A DNA stretch of 63,449 nucleotides, filler included, from Octopus bimaculoides (Eukaryota), in the NCBI RefSeq assembly GCF_001194135.2. It is 5 parts of 5 records of this genome, joined end to end, with 100 filler letters (N's around TTAATTAATTAA, not from the genome) between each part and the next. Parts side by side here need not be neighbours in the genome. Positions count along the whole stretch, not along the records: positions 14,659 to 26,968 come from NC_069007.1; positions 27,069 to 45,606 come from NC_068982.1; 3 more parts are not named here. The stretch is one strand, 5' to 3'. The notes below the pieces were generated by a model. It was not told the origin of the DNA. It saw nothing but the letters and a program-made list of their open reading frames with translations, and searched no databases. Both the position numbers and the translations under genes were made by a program. Positions 26,265-38,675 of the stretch are shown piece after piece; positions within the stretch are counted from its first letter, which is position 1; every line of letters starts with the position of its first letter.

Positions 26265-26915
26265 TCTTTTATTTGTTTCAGTCATTAGACTGCAACCGTA
26301 TTGGGTCACAACATTAAAGAGCAGTTAGTCGAACGAATCGACCCCAGGACCTATTCTTTGTAAGCCTAGTACTTATTCTATCGGTATCATGCCGAACTGC
26401 TAAGTTACGGAGACGTAAACACACTACCATCGATGTCAAGTGATGTTAGGTGGGGGGACACACACACACACACACATATACACGCATATATTTATATATA
26501 TATATAATAAATGGAGCAAAACGCTTGTCGATGAAAGTTCATCCTCATACATTTTGCTCCATTTATTATTATCCATATCTTCTCAAAACGTATCACTTTA
26601 AATCGGTATATCAACCTGTAAAACGGTTGGGATATCTTGTTTTTTAGTGTAATTTTGCTACCCCTGGTAACTATTAACATATTCAAATTATCGAAAGTTT
26701 TAATAACTGAGATAATATTAATATATACATAAACCAATATATATTTATATATACGACGGGCTTTCAATTTCCGCCTACCAAATCCACTCACAAGACTTTG
26801 GTCGGCTCGAGGCTATAGTAGAAGACACATGCCCAAGGTGCCACGCAGTGGGACTGAACCTGGAACCATGTCGTTGGTTAGCAAGCTACTTACCACACAA
26901 CCACTCCTGCGCCTA
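26265..26915 (-). mobile_element. SINE family A with a ~250-bp insert in its microsatellite slot
   Basis: Tail rc 26265-26460, unrelated insert ~26504-26745, head rc 26752-26915. Confidence 0.8.
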
Positions 26916-26968
26916 TACATACATACACACATATATATATGTGTGTGTATATATATATATATATATAT

Positions 26969-27068
26969 NNNNNNNNNNNNNNNNNNNNNNNNNNNNNNNN
27001 NNNNNNNNNNNNTTAATTAATTAANNNNNNNNNNNNNNNNNNNNNNNNNNNNNNNNNNNNNNNNNNNN
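26969..27068. other. Artificial scaffold-joining linker
   Basis: Same 44N/TTAATTAATTAA/44N structure (27013-27024). Confidence 0.95.
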
Positions 27069-27238
27069 TACTTTGATGAATAAAACTATTCCTTGTATTT
27101 ATAAGACATTAGCGAACTTTTTCTTTTCTACAAATTTCATACTTGACGACCTAATATATGTATATATACATACAAACATACACACACACATATATATATA
27201 TATGTGTGTGTGTATGTTTGTATGTATATATACATATA

Positions 27239-28516
27239 TTAGGTCGTCAAGTATGAAATTTGTAGAAAAGAAAAAGTTCGCTAATGTCTTATAAATACAA
27301 GGAATAGTTTTATTCATCAAAGTATGCACCCATATTGTCAAGACACTTTTGCCGTTTCAGCGGTAGCTTGTCCAGCCCGGAACTGTAAAAGCTTGGCAAT
27401 CTAGAGTCAATAAAATCTTGGAAGGCCTGTTTTACAGCATCGTTGGAATTTAATTTTATCCTATCAAAAAGTTATCCAAATTCTGGAAGAAGTGGTAGTC
27501 AGTGGGGGCAAGATCAAGTGAGTATGGTGGATGATGGAGAACTTTCAACTCCAACTCCCGTAGTTTCGCCAATGTCATTTTTACAATATCTGGTCTAGCG
27601 TTGTTTTCAATAAAATAGGAGTGGATCTGTTCACTAACCTAGGCCGTCTTTGTTTTTTTTAAAGTTTCTGCATCATTTGGTCCAGTTGGCTGCAGTATAT
27701 TTCTGCCGTGAATGATGAGCCAGGTTTAATGAAATCATAATGGATCACACCTGCACCAGACCGCCAAACACACAACATCAGCTTCTTTTGATGAATTTTG
27801 CTTTTTGGACTGTGTTCTGGTGACTCGTCTTTGTCCAACCATTGTACTGAACGTTTACAGTTATTGTACTGGATCCATTTCTAATCACATGTTACAATTC
27901 CATTCAAATATGATTCATTTTTGTGACGAGAAAGTAGCATAATGCAGGCTTCCAAACGTTGCTGTTTCTGATTTTCACTGAGTTTCTGTGGAACCCGCTT
28001 ATCCAACTTTTTCACTTTACTAATTTGAACTAGGTGAGTCAATATTGTTTGCTTGCTAACACCAATCAGCAACGATAATTTACGGGCACTTTGAGATGGA
28101 TCTGACTTGACGGTGGTTTTCGGTTCGTCATTATCCACCTTTATATCTGGTCGACCGCGTTGCTCATTTCTGAGGTCAAAGTTACCAGAACGAAATTGTG
28201 AAAACCAATTTGATACTGTCTGCTGTGTAATAACAATAGAATGAAATATTCCAATAATATTCCTAGCTCTATGTGATGCTGTATTTCCAAGAAGGAACTC
28301 TTATTTCAAAACTGTATAAATTATCTATCTCTAAACAAAATTAACAAAAACGATTTATAAATACATTATAAAGCGCAAAATGAGTTAGAATAAAGAAATA
28401 GATGTGTCAGCTTTCTAACAAAAAATAAAGATTTTCAAATATAATAATGGCGCAAAATGAGCAGCTGTCAAAGTTTACCGTATACCTTACTACAAATTTC
28501 AAACTTGACGACCTGA
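27239..28516 (-). mobile_element. Mariner transposon, full-length size (1278 bp), decayed
   Basis: 26-bp TIRs ttaggtcgtcaagtatgaaatttgta / tcaggtcgtcaagtttgaaatttgta (rc), TA on both sides. Minus ORF SDPSQSARKL..KVKKLDKRVPQKLSENQKQQRLEACIMLLSRHKNESYLNGIVTCD. Confidence 0.93.
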
Positions 28517-28532
28517 TATATATATATATATA

Positions 28533-28616
<84 letters not shown>

Positions 28617-29824
28617 ATAAATCTATACTCACACACACACATATATATACACATACATTTACACACACACACACACTCACATATATTTATGTATATGTAT
28701 GCATGTATGTATGTATATACAGAAATGAGAAATGAATACAGTCAGGCATACACTGGAGTCGAAACGTCATTGTAAATTCACCCTCGAGTAATTTATTCAC
28801 ACGCACGCACGCACACACACACACACACATACACACACACACATGCACACACACATACACACGCACACAAGTGCGAAAGGTTAACGTTCATTTCCATGGC
28901 AACGGTGGTTTACAGTGAAAGCGATCCAATAGTTTCGTAAAATCAACAAAATGGTTGAGACTTTTAAATCAATAAAGAATTAATTAACTTGAGAGTTGAG
29001 TATCGGTGGGGGGAGATGGGGAGGGTAACGGCTACAATACTGCTGTAGTGGTTGCGTCGGTGGAGGTGGTGGCGGCTGAGGAGGTGGAGGCGCAATTGAC
29101 TTTGTGGAATGTGCGCGTATGTTACATGTGTGTGTGCGTTTGTGTGTGTGTGCGTGCGCGTATGTATGCATGTGTGTGTGTGCGCATAACTATGCTTGTA
29201 TGTGTGTGTGTGTATGCGTGTGTGTTTACCAATGTGTGCGAGTGTGTGTTTGTGTGTTCGTGTGTATGTGCGTGTCTGATGCCTGCGTATACCTATGCGC
29301 GTGTGTGTACGTGTGTGCGTTTGTGGTTGTAAGTGTTCGTGTGTGAGTGTCTGTATATGCGTGCGTGTGGTGTGTGTGTGTGCGCGTGCGTACGTGTGGT
29401 GTGTGTGTGTGTTTGTGTGTGAGAGCATGAGTGTCTGTAAGTGCGTGTTAACAGATATCAATCAGCATCTGTTTCTTCGGAGGAGTAAGAGCGAGAAACA
29501 AATAGAGAGAGAGAAAGAGAAAGAGAAGGAGAAAGAGAGACAGAAAAGAGAGGAGATGGTGAAAAGAAAACAGAGAGGGCAAGTCGATGAGATAGGAGAG
29601 AGAAAAGTAAGAAGAAAGTGGGAAGCAATTTTAGACATAAAGCAAATCTTTCCAAAAAGTAAAAGCCCCAAATTTTTTTAAAAGGGGATGTTCTGACGTT
29701 CATGCATTGCCAAGTAACGTGAAAATAATGGGAAAATATTTAAGCGAGGAACCGAACCTAAGGGGACGGCAACATATTGTAATATTGGTTTTAAATTTCA
29801 GCCTGAAAGTTCGGGGGAGAGTAT

Positions 29825-32065
29825 AATTTTGATTACATCGACCCCAGTGGTCAACTGGTACTTATTTTATCGACCCCAAAAGGATGAAGGGTAAGTCGAT
29901 CTCGGCAGGATTTGAACTCAGAACGTAAGGACGGACGAAATACTGATAAACACTTCCCACCAGCTCACCATAATTTTGAGCTCAGAACACAAAATCACTT
30001 TACAAGATGTAATATGTTATCTTCCCCAACGCTTTAACGTTTCTGCCAGCTCACTGCATTACATGGTTTAAGAAGAGGAAATCTGATAGTTAACTGCAAT
30101 TTGTTCTGCCAATCCACCACCATTACAAGAATATGAAAATAATTTTTATAATAAATATAAACCCAATTATTTAAGGGTGGGGTGCAGTGCAACAATTCTA
30201 CTCTAATGTGTCAGTAGTTGGGTACATATTTCATTTGTTTTAATAATCCAGATCGATTATTACGGAAAATATTACTGCTACTGACTTCGAACTTGAATCA
30301 CCATACTGCTGTTATGGTAATTTATTCCTGTAACTACAATTGAACAGAGAAGACTCTACAAGGTCGCTCGACCTGCTGGAAATACCGGTCAAATTTCCCA
30401 CAAACCTCACCCTACCATCGTAAAGAAGGACATATTAGATATAGTCCTCTGTGTACTTCGTTGCTAAAGTAAAAACTGAGAGTATCATTTCTTAAGGCTG
30501 AACCGGTGATAAGCAACAACAGCAGCAATAACTGTCACAACCGACTCAGTAGTCCCTTCATTAATGAATGTAATACTTATGTAGCTAAAATTATCAATAG
30601 CCAATCGATTCTTAAAATAACAGCTCTTAGAGGAATCGAAACAAAGTTTTCGACTTCATTTGTTAAAGGTAGTGATAACGGTTTATTAGTTACAAAAATT
30701 ATAAATAAATAAATAAATAAATAAATAAAAGAGATCGGATCTGGAAGTAGAAATTATTAATTATTAATAGAACGTTTTCACACAGAAATCGAAATTAAAA
30801 TGCATCACATAATTAATATCTCATTACTGCAATACTAAAATTTATAGATTGTAGATATAATTTAGTGAAAATACTCACACAAAATAATCACTCCATTTTT
30901 TTAATTATTTTTCTTGAGCCCCATGATTCATAAGGCCGGTTTTCCAGTTACCATGGTGTGTAAGAGTTCACAACATTCTCTCTGAACGTGAGCCGATTTT
31001 AGTAGGAGAAGGTTAGTCAATTATATCGACAGCGAGAGGATGAAAGGCAAAGATAAGATAAAGATCCCATTTCTTTTATGGATCCCGAAATGATGAAAGG
31101 AAAAGTCAACCATAGCGGGATTTGAACTCAGAACAAGAAGAAGTGTTGCTAATCATTTTTTGCCCGATGTGGTAACGATTCTGCCAGTTCACCACATTAA
31201 TTACCCGCATAAGAAAGAAAGATACAGGTTGTCTCACGGATTTTGAACCCAGAACCTCGTGAGACAGAAACATATATTGTAATTTATTTAACCTATTGCA
31301 CTATTGCTGTGTTATTCTATGACCTTTCAGGTGATTAGTGATATCCATTACTATTCTATTGAGTTCTGATCTTGGTACAATGTTTGTAAATTGCCGGTGT
31401 GACGAAGTATTGGTGAATTCGATCAAGTACTTGTTTTATTGATGTTGGGGAGAGAAAATGCAAACAAGACCACGATGGGATTTAAACACGGGCATAAAAG
31501 AACGCCATCACATGCCATAACGCATTTTGTAGGACAGCGATTCTGCTAGTTACTATGCGGACCTTTATTGCCTCTTGCCGCTGAAAATACATTTCATTCC
31601 AGCACTTTTTTCTCTTCTTCAGAACATGCTCATCTTCAAAACCTGTCTATTGAACGTACTAGTTTACAACATCAATACTTTTGCTAAACGCGAACGATTG
31701 TACGATTTTGTGCATTTGATTAGCAAATCGATCTCTTGTGATTCGGAAAATTATGAAAGATTACAATTCCATTAAGGAAACCTAATAGAGGGAAACACAC
31801 CCAGAATTACCTCCCATAACTTGCCGATGACAAAGATGTTGGATTTCTCTCAATATTAATTCTTTTTAGAGCTGCGAGCTGGAGGAATTAAAGAGCATCC
31901 GAAAGAAAATGCTTCGCAATATTCATTCCGATTCATTACATTCTGAGTTCAAATCCTATCGAAGTCGACTTTGTATTACATCCAATGAAATACTAGTCTA
32001 GTAGTGGGGTTGATGTCATCGACTTGCCCACTTCCCCCAAAAGTGCAGGCGTTGTTCCATAATTA
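29825..32065. mobile_element. Cluster of SINE family B copies: 29825-30055(-), 31010-31195(-), 31420-31550(-, decayed), 31870-32065(+)
   Basis: Each contains recognisable family B head and/or core modules; the intervening DNA is unique. Confidence 0.7.
30355..30500 (+). repeat. Dispersed repeat family E carrying a GCTAGAAATAGCAGCCAAAT-like motif
   Basis: Related segments at ~15030-15200(-), ~20130-20190(-), ~47870-48070(+), ~48850(+) and ~54830-55030(-). Confidence 0.5.
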
Positions 32066-32664
32066 GAAAAAAAATTAATTCTCATTACAATAAATCTGTC
32101 TGAACTTCAGATTTTTTTAAATCATAAAATACACTTTCAACTACATAAATGTAGTTCATATGAATGTTTAGATATTTTTAAATGATGAATAGGGACTTTT
32201 GGCATGTTCAAGGTTTTTTTCAGGGACATCTCGATATCCCGATGGAAATCGTGTCTGACTTTATTTGGTCGTTTCCTGTTACGAGCCTGTAGTGTGTGTG
32301 TGTGTGGAGGGGGATTAAAATGAAATGTTATAACACTTAAGCTTTTTTCTGTGACTCATGCATCGGAAGTACTTCATACATTATAACCAAAACAATTACT
32401 TCATTTGATTGGTTCAAGGGCAACTTTTTCACTCCAGACGGTGTAAGCGATTAAATCGGCCACAATATGTCACTGATATATATTTTATCTGAATGTAAGA
32501 GCGTAGCCTAAGAGGTTGAGGTGTTTGGTTTATGAACATCATGTCGGAGGTTCGATTACTGAACCAGACGGCGCATTGTGTCCTTGAAAAACGTACTTCA
32601 CATTGTTTCAGTCTACTCAGCTGCAACTGAGCACCAGCTGAGTGCTAATGTACCCCTTCCGCAC

Positions 32665-32696
<32 letters not shown>

Positions 32697-33269
32697 CTTC
32701 CCATCTAATGTCACATTCTGGATGTTCTACTGGAGGTCAAGAAATTCTCTATCTAAGCTCGTGACTACACGGGCGATTAAAAAAATTAACAAAAGTATGG
32801 CGCCTGTTGTCACACCTTACTTCATCGCGAGTAACAGCTGGTTGTACGAGTTCTATCTATATCTTTCATTTCCATTTGTTTCGGCCAGTGGCTGTGGCAG
32901 TGATGAAGCACCTACATTTATGGTGTTTGAAATCCGAACTTAGAAAACTGAACCTAATAATTGCAAGACATTTCCTTTCGTGCCAGTGTAGTCTATCGAA
33001 TTCAAGACAGCCAGTGAATTCTACCCTTCTCAAGACAGTAACTGGTACAGGATTATGATAGAGTGAGAAGAACTGCTTCGAGTGAGAACCGAGTCTCTAT
33101 AGCAGAGTGAACTTAATCAAGACGAGACTACTATATGCCCCGTCTGCCTTTCAACTGGAAATTCGACCTTAATTGATTTAGTTTTCTCTCTCTCCCCTCT
33201 CCCCTTCTCTCTGTCTCCCTTCTTTCTCCTCTGTCTCTCTCTCTTGATATATATATATANNNNNNNNNN

Positions 33270-33312
<43 letters not shown>

Positions 33313-33942
33313 ACATATGCATGTATGTATTTATGTATGTATATTATATATATAACCGAACTGGACGTCTCTGTACGTAAGTTGTTCGGTTGGGCGTTAT
33401 AAATAAATGAAATTATTGACTGGAAACTTGTCCATTGTGAAGGAATCGTCTAGAATATATATCAGAACATTGACTAGAAGAAGATTAGTCGGTCTTTATT
33501 AAAGAAACAGCTTTGAAGAAATTGCCAAAACTGTTGTTAGGCAAGCAAAAGGAACAATAACGGTTAATTAGAAAAAGTATTAAATCGAGCTAAGCTTATC
33601 CGAAACGCTTCGAAGGAGAATGCCAACTCCTAGTGTAAGCTTACAACTAATGATATGTTTAGACTTTCCAAACAGTGGCCGGTTAGTAATAGACGTAAAT
33701 AAAGAAGAATTGAAGGAAGTATAGAGGTTAGTGTTGGTCTTTGAAAATAGTGATATCAAAATAACGAAATGAATAAAAGAAAATATAGAAGCTGGCATTA
33801 GAATAAACCGACCTATTGATAGACTGTGATAGACTGGTGTGATGCATTGAAAGAGAAAGAAAGGAAAGACAAAAATTGTGTTTGTTTTATTGTTTATTTC
33901 GGTGATCGCCTTCTCTCTATGTGTCTCTCCATCTCTCTCACG

Positions 33943-33982
<40 letters not shown>

Positions 33983-33992
33983 TATATATGTT

Positions 33993-34064
<72 letters not shown>

Positions 34065-35737
34065 NNNNNNNNNNNNNNNNNNNNNNNNNNNNNNNNNNNN
34101 NNNNNNNNNNNNNNNNNNNNNNNNNNNNNNNNNNNNNNNNNNNNNNNNNNNNNNNNNNNNNNNNNNNNNNNNNNNNNNNNNNNNNNNNNNNNNNNNNNNN
34201 NNNNNNNNNNNNNNNNNNNNNNNNNNNNNNNNNNNNNNNNNNNNNNNNNNNNNNNNNNNNNNNNNNNNNNNNNNNNNNNNNNNNNNNNNNNNNNNNNNNN
34301 NNNNNNTATATACATATGCATATATACATACATATTATATAATAAATTAATAGATAGACAGGCAGACAGACATACACTCACGCTTACACACATGCACACA
34401 AACACACGCACACACTGAAATTATTCTTTTGTATATACCAATATTTGCATACTTAATATGCGTATATGTGTATATGTGCGTCTGGGTGCCTCTGTACATA
34501 TGTGAGCATGTCTTTGTGCGATGGCGCATGTGCGTAAAGGCATGTTAGCTGTCGTATTTAACCTTTGTCTGTGGTAATATCTGAAAATACGTCTGCCGTG
34601 TCCAGACAACATCGTTGAATTACCTGCCACTATTACATGTATGTATGTGTAGACATACAAACGTACATGCGCACATACATACATGCATACATACATGCAT
34701 ACATACATACATACATACATACATACTTACATATTAACTTTCCTTTTCGATTGGCACCATTTAACCATCAGCTGTGGCTTTGCTCAAACTCTACAACATT
34801 ACATTCAGTCATTTTCGTTTTGTGAAATGTTTGTGCACCATTCGTGTTCGTCCAGCTTGTCGCGAGACTGAAGGATATGAGTGAATTAAAGTGCATTGTG
34901 TAGTTAAAAAGCAGCATAACCGCTATTTGCGAGTGTTACCTGGATGTAGTTATGTTTTCACAATTTGTTTTTTAGATGCTCATGTAGTCACGAGCAGACA
35001 CGTACGATCTCTCGGCCCTCTCTATCTATCTATCTATATATCTATCTATCCATTTATCAATCAGTCTCTCTTTCTTTCTTTCTCTCTCTCTCTCTCTCTC
35101 TNNNNNNNNNNNNNNNNNNNNNNNNNNNNNNNNNNNNNNNNNNNNNNNNNNNNNNNNNNNNNNNNNNNNNNNNNNNNNNNNNNNNNNNNNNNNNNNNNNN
35201 NNNNNNNNNNNNNNNNNNNNNNNNNNNNNNNNNNNNNNNNNNNNNNNNNNNNNNNNNNNNNNNNNNNNNNNNNNNNNNNNNNNNNNNNNNNNNNNNNNNN
35301 NNNNNNNNNNNNNNNNNNNNNNNNNNNNNNNNNNNNNNNNNNNNNNNNNNNNNNNNNTATACAGTACATATAGTTGATGTAGTGAGAATTAAGAAACTTC
35401 GAGAAGGTGAAGTTATTCTTTTTAGGGACGGTAAATCTCAAAGCAAATCTCAAAAGTTATGAATAATAGCATATAAATATTGGGTTAAAAAGCATTTCGG
35501 ATAGAAAAAAGTCAAAGGCTTCCCGTGGGACACGAACCCACATCTCCTGTAGACATGACTTTATTCATACGAGCGAGAATTGTATATTGTTGATGTCATA
35601 AGAATTTACAAACTTCAAGAAAGTGAAATATTGTATGAATGTATGTGGCCGCCTATGTACCATTTTTTCTTCATCACTCTTTCACTGTTCTCTTTTGTGT
35701 CTTTATGTGTTTTATCCTGTGTATAAGCATATACATG

Positions 35738-35781
<44 letters not shown>

Positions 35782-36389
35782 CACACACACACTTTTAGTG
35801 TTCATTGTTGTTTTTCTGTACATGACTTATATGTCTACTTTCTCTCCCCTCTTTTACCATTCGTCGACGACGTGTAGGGCACTTTAGCACTATATACGAT
35901 GTACTCGTTATTATATTATTTGCCGTAGAATTGCTAAACAGATTGATGCATATCTGAACAATTGGCTATTACTTCAAGTGTTCTCACAGGCGTTTGCTTG
36001 ATGATTATGATATAGTTTGGAATAGAATGTAATTGGGCAGGTGAAGTGCGACAGATAATTAGTGAATTTTTATCTTGAGAAACGTATTTACTCTTTCCTA
36101 CTTTACATATTTCTAACACAAGGGACAGTAAGAAACAGCCTCTAGGCATCACTTAATATTTATCAAATTAGTAAGGCACCAAGCCGGCAGAATCGTTAGC
36201 ATTCCGGGCAAAATGCTTTGCAACATTTCAAATATCACTGAGGTCGGCTTTGCTTTTTACTCTTTTGGGGTCGATAAAATAAGTACCAGTTTAGCACTAG
36301 CGTTGATGTACAGTTCTATATTTAAGAGATGAGAAATTATGTACATTATTTACATTTGACGGATATTTGTCCTCATCTTGTTTGTTGTT

Positions 36390-36435
36390 AACACAACGTT
36401 TCGGCTGATATAGCCTCCAGTCGTCATCAGGTGTC
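36390..36435 (-). ncRNA. Minimal type I hammerhead ribozyme motif in the PLE repeat
   Basis: GACAC-CUGAUGA-C-GACUG(10 nt)CAGCC-GAAAC-GUU-GUGUU. The right-arm copy (37088-37125, plus strand) has a perfect GGCUG/CAGCC stem II but has lost the 21 nt after GAAAC. Confidence 0.7.
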
Positions 36436-36487
36436 TTCGGGAAATTTCGAACCTGGGTTCTCATTCCTAAGGTATTTCTCGATGTTG

Positions 36488-36521
<34 letters not shown>

Positions 36522-36540
36522 TACTACTACTACTACTATT

Positions 36541-36615
36541 CAGGTCACTGCCTGGAATCGAACTCAGAATCTTGGTGTTAGTATCCCGCGCTCTTAACCA
36601 CTATGCCATATGCCC
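36541..36615 (-). promoter_or_regulatory. tRNA-like Pol III internal promoter module (A box and B box) inside the PLE repeat; mirror copy 36940-37014 (+)
   Basis: A box TGGCATAGTGG, B box GAGTTCGATTCC, anticodon-like arm, followed by (AAT)n. No proper acceptor stem, so not a tRNA gene. Confidence 0.65.
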
Positions 36616-37987
36616 GTGGGCAATTATGGGGTGAATTTTAGGGCTTATAAATCTAATATTTTTCTATCCTCCCTTAATACTGGTTCCCATATGCTGCTCG
36701 TATCTGCACTCGGTCTGCTTAGGAGGTTGTTGTGTCCTAACATATGTACTGCTTCTTTTAGTTTTCGTACTTTCCAGTGGTGTTCTCTATTATTTTAACT
36801 TCATCAGCACATATGTTAGGACACAACAACCTCCTAAGCAGACCGAGTACAGATATTAGTAGCATATGGGAACCGGTTTTAAGGAATGATAGGAAAATAT
36901 TAGATTTATAAGCCCTAAAATTTACTCCATAATTACCCAGGGCATATGGCATAGTGGTTAAGAGCGCGGGATACTAACCCCAAGATTCTGAGTTCGTTTC
37001 CAGGCAGTGGCTTGAATAATAATAATAATAATAATAATAATGATAATAATAACATCGAAAAATACCTTAGGTTCGAAATTTCCCCAAGACACCTGATGAA
37101 GGCTGGAGGGTATATCAGCCGAAACATGAGGACAAATATCCGTCAAATGTAAATAACGTAGTGTTGATGTAGTCGACTACATCTTCCACTCAAAACTTAC
37201 TTGTTTTTTGCCTAAATTAATATCAATATCCGTCATATTACTATATTATGTTAATATATAAACATCATTATAGTATATCAAGGGTATTTAAGAGATCACA
37301 TTACAATGCAACAAAATATTTATGGCATAAACTTGCATGTATATAGAGAATTAGCTAAAACGATAGTTAAAAGCAACATATTTAGAATAATAAACAGCAG
37401 AAAAGTATAACTTTTGCAAGTTAATTTCGTTGTTATATACATGAGGATGTTTATATTTCATCTAAACAGCTGTAGAGCACGATCAAATTATGAATCATAT
37501 ATAAAACTTCAAATTACCAATGCTTAATTATGGTTTAGAGGTGTTAATATCAAGTCTCTTGGATGGAATTGAACATTTTAAGAATATCTGCTACTTTTTC
37601 CAAAAAGAAAAGTAAAATGAGGTATGTAAAACTTAATTTCCTTCTCGTAGTCACGAGAAAATCGTTTTACAGTGGATTTGATCGATCATTTTTATGAGCA
37701 GCTAATCCAGTTAGATCTCTATTCGGCCATTTTGTCTCTATACCATGGAATATTATTGATGTATAATTAATCAATTCATTTCTACACATTCCTTCAACTG
37801 AAGATTGAAGTTGATGCACAATGATGACTTTTTTTTTTATCAGGTTGAGCCAAATTTCTGACTAAAGATAGCAACAATCCATTACATTTTGTAAAAAAAA
37901 AAAACTTAATTCGAAAGGAAAACCATATTTAATAGTTTACAAGGATTATTCTCCATTCTCAGAAATATTTTATGATAAAACACTGTC

Positions 37988-38034
<47 letters not shown>

Positions 38035-38353
38035 GTCGCTGTGAATTTGCACAATTTGTCTTAATACAATTGTCCAGGACAATCTTACTCGATAATCTGG
38101 CAATTTACCAAACCAAGCCAAAAGAGAAAATACCAAGAAAATAAATCAAAGAACCATTTGTCGAAATGCCATATTTTAATGGCCACCAAATTTGATTTTT
38201 ATTCTTTTTGCTTTAGTTTTTCTTTTTACCTTTATTCGTTTCAATGGCCAGCGTTTCATTATGTGAACTGTTAAAGCAGAACAGTCTTTTAGCTCACTGT
38301 GGAACCATTAAGTTGGCTGGAATTCTTAATGGTAGATAGTAATAATGAGGAGC

Positions 38354-38389
<36 letters not shown>

Positions 38390-38394
38390 GTGAT

Positions 38395-38606
38395 GGTTTC
38401 AAATTTTGGCACAAGACTAGTAATTCTGGGGAAGGGCACAAGTTAATTACATCGAGCCCAGTTCGCCACGGATACTTACTTTATCAACCCCTAAAGGATG
38501 AAAGGCAAAGTCGACAAAGGCGGCATTTGAACCCATAACGTTAGGATGGACGAAATGTCGCTGACCATTTCGCCCGGTGTGCAAACGATTCTGCCAGCTC
38601 GCCACC

Positions 38607-38607
<1 letters not shown>
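38395..38607 (-). mobile_element. SINE family B
   Basis: ggatgaaaggcaaagtcgac..atttgaacc..acgattctgccagctcgcc. Confidence 0.8.

Positions 38608-38675
<68 letters not shown>

Larger units (their letters stand above)
36311..37160 (-). mobile_element. 5'-truncated Penelope-like insertion with an inverted pseudo-LTR (fold-back)
   Basis: Arms 36342-36747 and 36809-37160 are inverted copies. TSD gcgttgatgta (36300-36310) / gtgttgatgta (37161-37171) inside a SINE B copy. Minus strand 36808-~36645 encodes EVKII/EHHWKVRKLKEAVHMLGHNNLLSRPSADTSSIWEPVLREDRKILDL*, resembling a PLE endonuclease C-terminus. Confidence 0.82.

Noticed and set aside
27069-27324. Perfect 256-bp palindrome duplicating the mariner left end
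   Set aside because: It starts exactly at a scaffold edge, shows no visible mismatches and is centred on self-complementary (TA)n. Most likely an assembly or library fold-back; long reads would settle it.
29006-29171. Pro-rich / acidic short ORFs
   Set aside because: A GGT/GGA low-complexity patch running into (GT)n; no recognisable domain.
35505-35552. tRNA-like T-arm (GTGGGTTCGTGTCCCAC) followed by a T-run on the minus strand
   Set aside because: Only the 3' half is present, with no D-arm or A box. A SINE or tRNA fragment, not a gene.
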